The notes under the pieces were generated by a model. That model saw only the letters and a list, made by a program, of their open reading frames with translations. It was not told the origin of the DNA and did not search any database. The translations under genes were made by a program, and so were the position numbers. A stretch of DNA of 64,000 nucleotides from an uncultured Desulfovibrio sp. (GTDB lineage Bacteria > Desulfobacterota > Desulfovibrionia > Desulfovibrionales > Desulfovibrionaceae). Each line of letters begins with the position of its first letter. The stretch's first letter is position 1. Below are positions 19,443 through 28,457 of this stretch, one piece after another. The stretch spans positions 36,622 to 100,621 of the forward strand of contig CAYOCV010000012.1 of assembly GCA_964402645.1 (NCBI GenBank), in the 5' to 3' direction.

Positions 19443-20252
19443 TTAGTGCGCTTCCAGCGAATCCATGCACGACTTGAGGTCGCAGATCATGTCCAGCACG
19501 TCCATGTTGTGGTTGACGCGCCAGTAGAACTCCTCGACCTCGAAGGGCTTGGTGAGAAAATCGTTGGCCCCGTTCTTGAGAAACTGGGCGGTCAGCGGCC
19601 CGGACCCCACCGAGGATACCCCGATGATGGCCACGCGGTCCATCTTGTGGCGGCCACGCAGTTCGCGCACCAGTTCGATGCCGTCCATGTTGGGCATCTG
19701 GTAGTCCGTAATCACCAGACGGGTGTGCGGATTCTGTTCGAACACGGCCAACGCTTCCACACCGTCCACAGCCTCCAGCACGCGAAAGCGCTGCACTTCC
19801 AGCAGCTTCTTGATCTGGGCGCGTTGGGTGCGCGAATCGTCCACCACCAGCGCGGTGATGAACTGGTTCTTGAACACCCGCTCCAGGCTGGCCACCATGG
19901 GGTCCATGTCCTGGATGGACCCCTTGAAGAAATAGTCCACCACGCGCCGCTCGATGAACCGGCGGCGAATTTCGTCGTTGAAGGTGGCCGTCAGCACGAT
20001 GGACGGCACCTTCCAGGCCAGGCACAGGTCCACGGCCTCGCCGTCGGGGGCGTCCGGCAGGTTCAGGTCGATGACGGCGATGAATATCTGCTGGCCATTG
20101 TCGCGCAGCAGGGTCTCTGCTTCCTGCATGCTGTGGGCGATGAGGGTGTCGAACTGGGTAAGCGCCTGAATCTGCTTGCGGATGATCTTGGACTGCACGT
20201 TGCTGTCCTCGATGATCAGCACCGTGCGCGGCGCTTCTGCGGTCATGTTCAT
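19443..20252 (-). CDS. Response regulator with two receiver domains and no output domain
   Basis: Two REC modules are present. REC1 has VLIIEDS...VIDLNLPD. REC2 has ALVVDDS...ITDYQMPNMDG...TKP. Confidence 0.85.
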   Translation of the reverse strand: MNMTAEAPRTVLIIEDSNVQSKIIRKQIQALTQFDTLIAHSMQEAETLLRDNGQQIFIAVIDLNLPDAPDGEAVDLCLAWKVPSIVLTATFNDEIRRRFIERRVVDYFFKGSIQDMDPMVASLERVFKNQFITALVVDDSRTQRAQIKKLLEVQRFRVLEAVDGVEALAVFEQNPHTRLVITDYQMPNMDGIELVRELRGRHKMDRVAIIGVSSVGSGPLTAQFLKNGANDFLTKPFEVEEFYWRVNHNMDVLDMICDLKSCMDSLEAH

Positions 20253-20581
20253 GCGGCCTCCCCGGCGCGTCGTCTGTCAGTGTGTCGCCCGGATGCTACA
20301 CGCTCGGCAGTGGGGGCGCAATGCCGGACGCACCTGCCAGCGCCGATCCTGCGCAATAAACATGTTATGTTACGCGATGTTGCCGATCGTCCCGCAGGGG
20401 CTTTCCCAGCCATGCGCGGCAAGGGCGGCTGAGAGACGCCGCGCGCCCGCGCACGACAGGCGTGCGTTGCGCACGGTCAGACAGCCGGCACGCAGGGGGA
20501 CGCGACAGCGGAAGATGAGCGGCAGGATAGACGGAAGGATGGGTTGGGATGGGGGGTGTGAATAAGGACGGGTGGCCAGCC

Positions 20582-21556
20582 TTACCGCACGCCCAGGAAC
20601 ATCCGGGTGGCCAGCCAGTCCATGACCAGGGCCGGGTTCACCGGGCTGGGACTCAGGGACAGGGCCTCCTGCGCGGCGGCCAGGGCCTCGTCGCAGCGGC
20701 GCAACCGGGCCAGATCCATGCGCTCGGCCAGCAGACGGCCCAAAGGATCGGCGGCACGCCCGGCCAGCACGTCGGCCAGGGCGCGCTGGCAGTGCAGCAC
20801 CACGGCAGCGGCCAGAGGGGCGTCCAGATCACCCTTGCGGGAGGTGCGCTCCATCCAGCCGCCGCCGGTCTGGATGAATTCCACCAGCGCGTCCATCCAG
20901 TCGCGCACCGCCGGGGGCGGCGGGGCCGCGTCGGTGGGCCAGGCCAGGGTGAGCACGAAGCTGCGCGACACCAGGGTGGGCAACAGCCGTTCGCGCTGGG
21001 GGGCCAGCAGCACGAAGCAGGTGCTGGGGCGGGGTTCTTCCAGCGACTTCAGCAGGCCGTTGGCCGCTTCCACGCGGGTGTGGGCGTCCACCAGCACCAC
21101 CACGCGCCTGCGGCCCTCGCGCGGGGGTTCGCCCAAAAGGCCGCGCAGGGCGCGCACGTTTTCTATGGAAAAGGAACCTTCCTCGGCGCTGGGCTTGTTG
21201 CCGTCCAGCACGACGAGGTCGCGGTGGCCGCCCCCGGCCATGCGCAGGCACGACGGGCAGGACAGGCAGGGGCGGGCATCGTCCAGACCACCGTCTGGGG
21301 CCTCGCAGTTCAGCAGCGCCGCCCAGTACAGGGCCAGGGCCATGCGCTCCGGCGCGGTGCCGCCCTCTGCCAGCACCACCTGTGGCGGCGATGCGGCCAG
21401 CGCGTGCAGATGGCCCACGGTGCGCTGGTGCCGGGGGGCCAGCAGCGGGGCCACGGCCTCGCGCGGGTCTTGCGGCGCTGGCGGGGTGTCCGTGGCGGCG
21501 GCAGCGGCGCGGCCGCGCTTGGGGGCGCCGCTGGGGGGGGACGTATCGTTGGCCAT
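20582..21556 (-). CDS. holB: DNA polymerase III delta-prime subunit
   Basis: Zn-module-like CLSCPSCLRMAGGGHRDLVVL, then a SLEEP box (NGLLKSLEEPRP) and TLVSRS. Start placed at MANDTS (21556) within ORF 20582..21772. Confidence 0.8.
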   Translation of the reverse strand: MANDTSPPSGAPKRGRAAAAATDTPPAPQDPREAVAPLLAPRHQRTVGHLHALAASPPQVVLAEGGTAPERMALALYWAALLNCEAPDGGLDDARPCLSCPSCLRMAGGGHRDLVVLDGNKPSAEEGSFSIENVRALRGLLGEPPREGRRRVVVLVDAHTRVEAANGLLKSLEEPRPSTCFVLLAPQRERLLPTLVSRSFVLTLAWPTDAAPPPPAVRDWMDALVEFIQTGGGWMERTSRKGDLDAPLAAAVVLHCQRALADVLAGRAADPLGRLLAERMDLARLRRCDEALAAAQEALSLSPSPVNPALVMDWLATRMFLGVR

Positions 21557-21808
21557 GATGGTTCCGGTACTGGGGTGGTGCTGGTTCCGGACGCATGTGC
21601 CGGAAGCGCTGAACGAAGGCCGGGCGCGGACGGAAACCATCCGCATCCTCGCGCCGGACCATGCTACCCGAAGGCGCGGGGGGCCGTCCATGCCTGTTCC
21701 GCCGCTCCCGCGCACACAACCCGGCCCGCCCCCCCTATCCCCATCAAGGTTGGGGCACGGCAGCGCCTGCACGGCACGCCCCTTTACTGGCCTCGGACCT
21801 CTTTCCTT

Positions 21809-22378
21809 TCATGGGCCTTTCGAGCCAATCTGCACGTATCGACGCGCTCCGTGTTGCCTGACGAGGTTGAGAAAGCGTTCGTCAGACACATAATACATGA
21901 CATGCTTGCGATCATAACCGTACAGGATACACATATCACTATATAATGAGAATCTGATGTCTCTGATGGTGTCATTTTTTATGCGCACCCACTTTTCCCT
22001 TCTCCAGTCGAGCGCAATAATATAATTTTTAGTATACACTGCCTGGCCAACCTGCATGCTCATAAGCCTGATGACAAGGCCGCGAACCACCGCCACATAA
22101 AGAACAAGCGGTATGACAAGCGCACCTCCTTTTGCATGGGGCATGACAATGACAACCAGCGCACCCAGGACAGACGAAGCTATTCCCCCTGCAAAATATT
22201 GTGCAGTTCCCCACCTGTAGGCTTTCTCGACGAATTTCCATTCGCCGTCACGAAACCTGTCCTTCAAAATCGCCTGGACTCTGACACGCGCAAGGCTTGC
22301 GCGCCTGTATGCATAATATACGACGGCGATATATCCCGAAAAATATCCGCACCAAAGGGCAACCTGCAACGACGACAT
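21809..22378 (-). CDS. Hypothetical membrane protein in a low-GC island
   Basis: This 189-aa ORF has about 3 predicted TM segments and a soluble C-terminal domain. I recognised no family. Composition is clearly AT-richer than the neighbours. Confidence 0.55.
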   Translation of the reverse strand: MSSLQVALWCGYFSGYIAVVYYAYRRASLARVRVQAILKDRFRDGEWKFVEKAYRWGTAQYFAGGIASSVLGALVVIVMPHAKGGALVIPLVLYVAVVRGLVIRLMSMQVGQAVYTKNYIIALDWRREKWVRIKNDTIRDIRFSLYSDMCILYGYDRKHVMYYVSDERFLNLVRQHGARRYVQIGSKGP

Positions 22379-22571
22379 ACAGCCCCCGTAGCCACATCAG
22401 AATATGCAAACACTTCAGGCGGGCCACCTAAGCCGGGCAAGTCATTCCGTCACCTGCATCAGCGTACCCGTCTCACTCCCATCCGCGCGGGCGGCGGTCA
22501 ACCCACATATTCCCCGCCGCCCCCATCACACAAATGGCGCTTGCGGGCGGCCCCCCATGGCAGACCATGAA

Positions 22572-22597
22572 AAAGGGGCGGCCTGCGCCGCCCCTTT
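22572..22597 (-). terminator. Intrinsic terminator after purA
   Basis: The hairpin is aaaggggcggc-ctgc-gccgccccttt. On the minus strand it is followed by a T-run. Confidence 0.7.
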
Positions 22598-22619
22598 CAG
22601 GTGGATATTCCGAACCGGG

Positions 22620-23906
22620 CTACCAGCCCCGGCTGATGGTCTGGTCGCGTTCCGGACCCACGGACACCAGGCTCACGCGCACGCCGGTCAGCTCCTCGAT
22701 GCGGGCGATGTAGGCGCGGGTGGGCGCGGGCAGGCTTTCCCAGGTGGTGCAGCCGGTGATGTCGTCATCCCAGCCGGGCATGGTCTCGTACACCGGGGTG
22801 ACGTGAGCCATGCCGTTCTGCTCCTGCGGGGCCACGGTGATGGTGCCGCCCTGGTATTCGTAGGCGGTGCAGATTTGCAGTTCCTTCAGGCCCGAAAGCA
22901 CGTCCAGCTTGGTCAGGGCGATGTCGGTGGGGCCGTTCAGGCGCACGGCCTCGCGCAGCACCACGGCGTCCAGCCAGCCGCAGCGACGCTTGCGGCCCGT
23001 GGTGGCCCCGAATTCATGGCCCTTCTGCTGCAGGTAGTCGCCCGCCTCGTTCATCTGTTCGGTGGGGAAGGGGCCGGCACCCACGCGGGTGGTATACGCC
23101 TTGACGATGGCCACGATGCGGTCAAGCCGGGTGGGCGCGACGCCGCTGCCCGCCGAGGCATTGCCCGACACGGTGTTGGACGAGGTGACGAACGGGTAGG
23201 TGCCGTGGTCGATGTCCAGATGGGTGCCTTGCGCGCCCTCGAACATGACGTGCTGCCCTGCCGCCCAGGCCGCCTCGATCTCTGCGGTGACGTCGGCCAG
23301 GTGGGGCACCACGCGCGGGGCCACTTCCATGACCTCGTTGAACACGGCATCCACGGTCATGGCCTCGCCGCCGTACAGGCCGGCCAGCAGGGCGTTCTTT
23401 TCCAGCAGCGCGGCCTCGATCTTGGCGCGCAGAAGTTCGGGCATGGCAAGGTCGGCGGCGCGGATGCCGATGCGCGACATCTTGTCCTCGTAGCAGGGGC
23501 CGATGCCCCGGCCCGTGGTGCCGATCTTGGATTCGTTGGTCTTGTGGCATTCGCGGGCCACGTCCAGCGCCTTGTGGTAGGGCATGATCACGTGGGCCTT
23601 GCGGCTGATCATCAGCCGCGCCGGAGAAACGTCCACATCCTTGTCGCGCAGGGTTTCCACCTCGCGGCAGAACACGGCGGGGTCGAGCACGACGCCGTTG
23701 CCGATAAGACATTTCTTGCCCGGGTGCAGGATGCCCGAGGGAATGAGGTGCAGGATGTACTGCTTTTCGCCCACCAGCACGGTGTGCCCGGCGTTGTTGC
23801 CGCCCTGGAAGCGCACGATCACATCGCACTTGCGGGTCAGCAGATCGACGATCTTGCCCTTGCCCTCATCGCCCCACTGGGCGCCCATCACGACCACGTT
23901 TGACAT
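22620..23906 (-). CDS. purA: Adenylosuccinate synthetase
   Basis: N-terminal [21 protein letters not shown] and GGNNAGHT match, and the protein is PurA-like over its full length. Confidence 0.95.
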   Translation of the reverse strand: MSNVVVMGAQWGDEGKGKIVDLLTRKCDVIVRFQGGNNAGHTVLVGEKQYILHLIPSGILHPGKKCLIGNGVVLDPAVFCREVETLRDKDVDVSPARLMISRKAHVIMPYHKALDVARECHKTNESKIGTTGRGIGPCYEDKMSRIGIRAADLAMPELLRAKIEAALLEKNALLAGLYGGEAMTVDAVFNEVMEVAPRVVPHLADVTAEIEAAWAAGQHVMFEGAQGTHLDIDHGTYPFVTSSNTVSGNASAGSGVAPTRLDRIVAIVKAYTTRVGAGPFPTEQMNEAGDYLQQKGHEFGATTGRKRRCGWLDAVVLREAVRLNGPTDIALTKLDVLSGLKELQICTAYEYQGGTITVAPQEQNGMAHVTPVYETMPGWDDDITGCTTWESLPAPTRAYIARIEELTGVRVSLVSVGPERDQTISRGW

Positions 23907-24288
23907 TTCCCACTCCTTGTGACATTGAGTGCCACCCTGCGGCTCCGGCTCTTGCCGAAGGCACGCAGAAAAGGCATCATGTCTTATCCCGTGACTTCTT
24001 GGAAGTCAACGGAACTGCTGTCAATCCGACCCCGACAGCACAAAATCGTCCGCACGCGGACATGCCGGAACCACCGGCGGGCCAAGGCCCACCGGGAAAA
24101 CGGCGCACCAGCGCCGCTCCGCGCAACGCCGCACAACCCACGGCCCGACGGCCACCCCCGCGCACGGAAGCACGGCCCGCCACAGGCGAACGCCCCTTCC
24201 CCCCCTCTCGACCACACGGCCACCCGCGCATCCGGCCACCCGCTCTGCTCCGCCTCGCTGCTCTCCACCCGTCGGCCCACCGTACCGC

Positions 24289-26043
24289 ATGCATAATCCT
24301 ATCTTCACCACCCGTGAACGCTTTGCGCTGCTCGGCCTTGCCATTGCCCAGGCGTTCCTGCTGCTGCTCATCCTGCTGCCCGCACCACGCGATTCCGACG
24401 TGCTGCGCGTGGCCGCCCCTGCCCGAGAACGAGTGCAAACGCGCCTCTCGCCCTATGGCCCCGGATTCGAACAGGAACTGCTGACCGCGTTCTGCGCCCG
24501 CCACGGCTACGAACTGCGCTGGATAAAGGCCGACAACCGCGAAGAAGCCCTGCGCCTGGTGGCCGACGGCTACGCCGACGTGGCCGTGGGCTTTGGCTCC
24601 GTGCCCGGCGGCAACGGCGACGGGGGCAGCCCCTCCGGCTTCACTGCGTTCGACGCCCTGCCGGGCGGCGAGGCATCCGCCCCCGGCGACACCTCGGCAA
24701 ACGACGTGGCCGCCGCCTCCCTGGCCGAAGCGGACGGCGCGCCCGGCATCTCGCTGTCCGCGCTGCTGGCCCGCCTGACAACCGGCGCGGACCAGACCGA
24801 ACCCGCCGACCTGGTGGCAGGCCCCGCCTACGACCACGCCCGCCCGGTGCTGGTGCGCTGGTCGGATCCGGACATGCCCGAACCGATCAACGCCGCGCTG
24901 CGCGACACCCGCGCTCCCAGATCCCCTGGCACCCCTGGAACCGCGCCAGACGACCAGCCCGGCAGCGGCCTGCGCTCTGCCCTTCTGCTGACCACCTGGG
25001 AAACACCCGGCGGACTTCCCTCCAGCGTTGCCGAACCCGGCCTGCTGTCGCCTTCCGGCGGCCCCGCCGTCCTGCCGGCCCAGGCCACCCTGTCCTCTCA
25101 GGTCGCCGCCGAGGCATCAGCCATTCCCCAGACTTCCGACGATGCCCGCCACGCGTTGGTGGGCGGCGATTCGTGGCGGCTGTGGCAGCCCTTCATGGCG
25201 GAACCTGCCGCAGGCCGGGCCACGGGCAAGCCCCTGTCCTACCACTGGTACTGGCGCGGCGACGACGCCCCCCTGGCCGCCCGCCTGGCCGATTTCTGGC
25301 GGACGCGCATGACCCCGGCAGACACCCTGCTGGACGACCTGACCGAACGCTATTTCGGCTTTCTGCCCGAATCGCTGGGCGTGCCCGAAGACGGCGAATA
25401 TGCCGGGCCTGTGGACATTTTCGACCTGATGGACCTGATGACCGTGGTGGGTGAAAAGCTGCCCACCCACGCCCCTGCCATCAGCCGCGCCGCAGCCCAG
25501 AGCAACATCGACCCGCTGCTGCTGTCCGCCGTGATCTTTCAGGAATCGCGCTTCGACACCTCCGCCCGCAGCAAGACCGGGGTGCGCGGCATCATGCAGC
25601 TTACCCAGAGCACGGCCCTGCTACTGAAAGTCAACCGCATGAACCCCAGCCAGTCCATCCGGGGCGGGGCGCGCTACCTGCGCATGCTGTGGGACAGCCT
25701 GGACGACCTGAACCTGCAACCGTGGGATCGCTGGTTCTTCACCCTGGCCGCGTTCAACCAGGGGCCGGGGCATCTGCGCGACGCCATCCGGCTGAACCAG
25801 GACCTTGGCGGCTCGGGCCGCACCTGGCGCGAACTGAAGGACACCTTTCCCAAACTGGCGCGGCCCCGCTACCACGCCCGCACCCGGTACGGGTACTGTC
25901 GTGGCTACGAGGCCGTGGCATTCGTGGAAAGCGTGCGCTACTACTATTACATACTCAACGGGCTAGTCGCCCTCTCGCGGCCGGAAGCTGAGCACCTTGC
26001 GCCGCTTCTGGACGCCCTCCCCGTCCGCTGGCCCGCCGTTTAG
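24289..26043 (+). CDS. MltF-like membrane-bound lytic transglycosylase (solute-binding-like domain, long low-complexity insertion, SLT domain)
   Basis: It has an N-terminal TM segment and a PBP-like start (LRVAAP..GFEQELLTAFCARHGYELRW). The SLT catalytic block is IFQESRFDTSARSKTGVRGIMQLT. Confidence 0.8.
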   Translation: MHNPIFTTRERFALLGLAIAQAFLLLLILLPAPRDSDVLRVAAPARERVQTRLSPYGPGFEQELLTAFCARHGYELRWIKADNREEALRLVADGYADVAVGFGSVPGGNGDGGSPSGFTAFDALPGGEASAPGDTSANDVAAASLAEADGAPGISLSALLARLTTGADQTEPADLVAGPAYDHARPVLVRWSDPDMPEPINAALRDTRAPRSPGTPGTAPDDQPGSGLRSALLLTTWETPGGLPSSVAEPGLLSPSGGPAVLPAQATLSSQVAAEASAIPQTSDDARHALVGGDSWRLWQPFMAEPAAGRATGKPLSYHWYWRGDDAPLAARLADFWRTRMTPADTLLDDLTERYFGFLPESLGVPEDGEYAGPVDIFDLMDLMTVVGEKLPTHAPAISRAAAQSNIDPLLLSAVIFQESRFDTSARSKTGVRGIMQLTQSTALLLKVNRMNPSQSIRGGARYLRMLWDSLDDLNLQPWDRWFFTLAAFNQGPGHLRDAIRLNQDLGGSGRTWRELKDTFPKLARPRYHARTRYGYCRGYEAVAFVESVRYYYYILNGLVALSRPEAEHLAPLLDALPVRWPAV

Positions 26044-26328
26044 GGCAGGATCGTCCTTTTCGGCCACCGGCTCCAGGTTGAAGGCCATGCGCGGGGGCAC
26101 CCCAACGGGTTCGCCCTCGGGCCGGGCCGCAGCGGCCCAGTGGTGGTTGAAGAGCTGGTTCTTCCAGCGCACCGCCTGGATCAGGCTGAGCACCAGCGCG
26201 GCCTCTTCCCACCGTTTGGTAGGTTCGAAACGGTCCACCACGGCGGCGTAGCGGTCCCACAGCGACATCAGCGACGCCTCGTCGTAGGCGTTCAGTTGCT
26301 GTGCCAGCTTTTGCAGCATGCGCTCCAT
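25963..26328 (-). CDS. Hypothetical protein
   Basis: This 121-aa ORF has AAGGAG upstream and a helical-looking N-terminal 60 aa. Its 3' end overlaps the convergent mltF-like gene by 81 nt. I recognised no family. Confidence 0.45.
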   Translation of the reverse strand: MERMLQKLAQQLNAYDEASLMSLWDRYAAVVDRFEPTKRWEEAALVLSLIQAVRWKNQLFNHHWAAAARPEGEPVGVPPRMAFNLEPVAEKDDPALNGGPADGEGVQKRRKVLSFRPREGD

Positions 26329-26696
26329 GGGGTCATCGCTCCTTCATGCGGGGTGGGTGCGCGGCGGCAGCAACGTCGAAACGTCCGCGTGATTGCAGTG
26401 GCCGCGCCGTGCCCCGCAAACTACGCCAATCCGGATGCCGGTTCAAATGGAAATTGCCCGCCCTTGCGGGCTGTGCTAGCATTGCCGCTGTCGCAGCCCG
26501 GAAGGCGACCGCGCCCCGCCCCGTGGCGGGGCGTTGCGCATGCCGCAGCCGTTTCCGCCCCCGATAACGCCCATTCCGCCCGGCCTCGCCGCCGGGCGCA
26601 GGCCCGCCCTACCCGGCACGCCGCACCCGGCACGCAACAACGCGCGCCGGATGCGCCCATCGTTGCCGGGCCGCGCCGCCCCTGCCGGAGCCCGTC

Positions 26697-27989
26697 ATGA
26701 CTTCGCCGAAGCCCGCCAGCCTCAAGGACATGTACCGCACCCTTCAGGACGATCCGTTTCCGGATTCCCTTACCCTGACGCTGGGCGACACCACCCTGAC
26801 CTACCGCAAGCGCACCTGGACCATCGACGGTGAACGCAAGGGCTTGCGCTACGGCGAAAACCCCGACCAGCCCGCCGCGCTGTACGAACTGGCCGAAGGC
26901 GGCCTGACCCTTGGCGGCGTGGCCTTTCGTGCCGCCGGGCAGGGCCTTGTCTCGGCCATCGCCGAAGAACACATGGTCCAGGCGGGCAAGCACCCCGGCA
27001 AGACCAACCTGACCGACGTGGACAACGGGGTGAACATCCTGCAGTACCTGGCCGCGCGCCCCGCCGCCGTAATCCTGAAGCACAACAACCCGTGCGGGGC
27101 CGCCTGGTCCAATGATGGCGTGGCCGACGCGCTGGACAAGGCCTACAACTGCGACAGAATCGCCGCCTTCGGCGGGGCCGTTGTGGTCAACCGACCGCTG
27201 GACCGCGCCGCCGGTGAACGCATCGCCGCCAACTACTTCGAGGTGGTTGCCGCGCCCGACTTTGAACCCGGCGTGCTGGAACTGCTGCAAACCCGCAAGA
27301 ACCTGCGCATCCTGCGCATGCCCGGCCTGGCCCAGCTCGAAAATTTCGCCGATGCGCCGTTCCTGGACATCAAGAGCCTGACCGACGGCGGCATGGTCAT
27401 CCAGCATTCGTTCCGCAACCGCATCCGCACCGTTGCCGATTTTCTGCCCGCCGAAGCCACCAGCAAGGACGGCGTCACCGTTACCGCCCGCGCGCCCTCC
27501 AAGCAGGAAGCCGACGACCTGCTGTTCGCCTGGGCCGTGGAGTCGGGCGTCACGTCCAACTCGGTCATCTTCGTGCGGAACGGGGCCACCGTGGCCATCG
27601 GCACCGGCGAACAGGACCGCGTGGGCTGCGTGGAACTGGCCATCCACAAGGCCTACACCAAGTACGCAGACTCGCTGGCCTTCGCCGCGCACAACTGCTC
27701 GCTGTACGACCTGAAGCTGAAGGCGGCCACTGACCCGGCGCTGGCCGAATCGCTGGCCGACATCGAACGCCGCACCCAGGAAGAGCGCGGCGGCCTGCCC
27801 GGCACCGTGCTGGTCTCCGACGGGTTCTTCCCCTTCCGTGACGGCGTGGACGTGGCCCTGGCACAGGGCGTTGCCGCCATCGCCCAGCCCGGCGGCTCCA
27901 TGCGCGACCACGAGGTGATCATGGCCGTGAACGAGGCCAGCCCGCAGGTGGCCATGGTGTTTACGGGGCAACGGTCGTTCAAACACTAA
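26697..27989 (+). CDS. purH: AICAR formyltransferase-domain protein (PurH C-terminal domain only)
   Basis: LRYGENPDQPAALY, KHNNPCGAA and the C-terminal GGSMRD motif are present. No MGS-like IMP cyclohydrolase domain is present. Confidence 0.85.
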   Translation: MTSPKPASLKDMYRTLQDDPFPDSLTLTLGDTTLTYRKRTWTIDGERKGLRYGENPDQPAALYELAEGGLTLGGVAFRAAGQGLVSAIAEEHMVQAGKHPGKTNLTDVDNGVNILQYLAARPAAVILKHNNPCGAAWSNDGVADALDKAYNCDRIAAFGGAVVVNRPLDRAAGERIAANYFEVVAAPDFEPGVLELLQTRKNLRILRMPGLAQLENFADAPFLDIKSLTDGGMVIQHSFRNRIRTVADFLPAEATSKDGVTVTARAPSKQEADDLLFAWAVESGVTSNSVIFVRNGATVAIGTGEQDRVGCVELAIHKAYTKYADSLAFAAHNCSLYDLKLKAATDPALAESLADIERRTQEERGGLPGTVLVSDGFFPFRDGVDVALAQGVAAIAQPGGSMRDHEVIMAVNEASPQVAMVFTGQRSFKH

Positions 27990-28012
27990 TAATTCCAGAG
28001 ATAAGAAATCTC

Positions 28013-28046
28013 GGGGAGGGGACCCTTTAAAAAGGGTCCCCTCCCC
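28013..28046 (+). terminator. Perfect 16-bp palindrome downstream of purH (terminator or REP-like hairpin)
   Basis: ggggaggggacccttt-aa-aaagggtcccctcccc. The nearest T-run is about 20 nt further on, so a terminator function is uncertain. Confidence 0.5.
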
Positions 28047-28457
28047 GAACCCCTCCCCCCTAAATTTTTCAATGGGGGAGACGCACGGGAAATCTGCCTT
28101 TACTTCAGCTCATTATAGAGGGTGTTGCAGGTAGTCATTGCCTTTCCCCTATCTGGACATTGCCTTTCTTCCTTATACCCCGCAGCGGTCTGCCGCTGCG
28201 GGTGGCTGGTGCGGGGGCGATGCAAGGAATTACGAGTTTTTGTGGCCGGGCAAGGCGGCGCGCGATTTTCGCGCGGAACGTACTGGCGTACGTGAGCAGC
28301 GAAAATCAAGCGCCAACGCAGCCCGGCCCAAAAAGGCGGATTCTGCAAGCAGCGCCACCGCGCTGACGGGATGCACCTTAGGATCACGCCGACATAGCGC
28401 GCCTACGGCAGCCCAAACGCCTTCTCTGGCCTCACCGACACAAACCAAGCGGGAAAC

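Noticed and set aside
26400-26696. A ZTP (pfl-motif) riboswitch upstream of the split purH genes (also checked at 47700..47878).
   Set aside because: No GGGUCGUGACUGGCG-like 5' module and no CCGCCUGGGC 3' module was found on either strand by eye.
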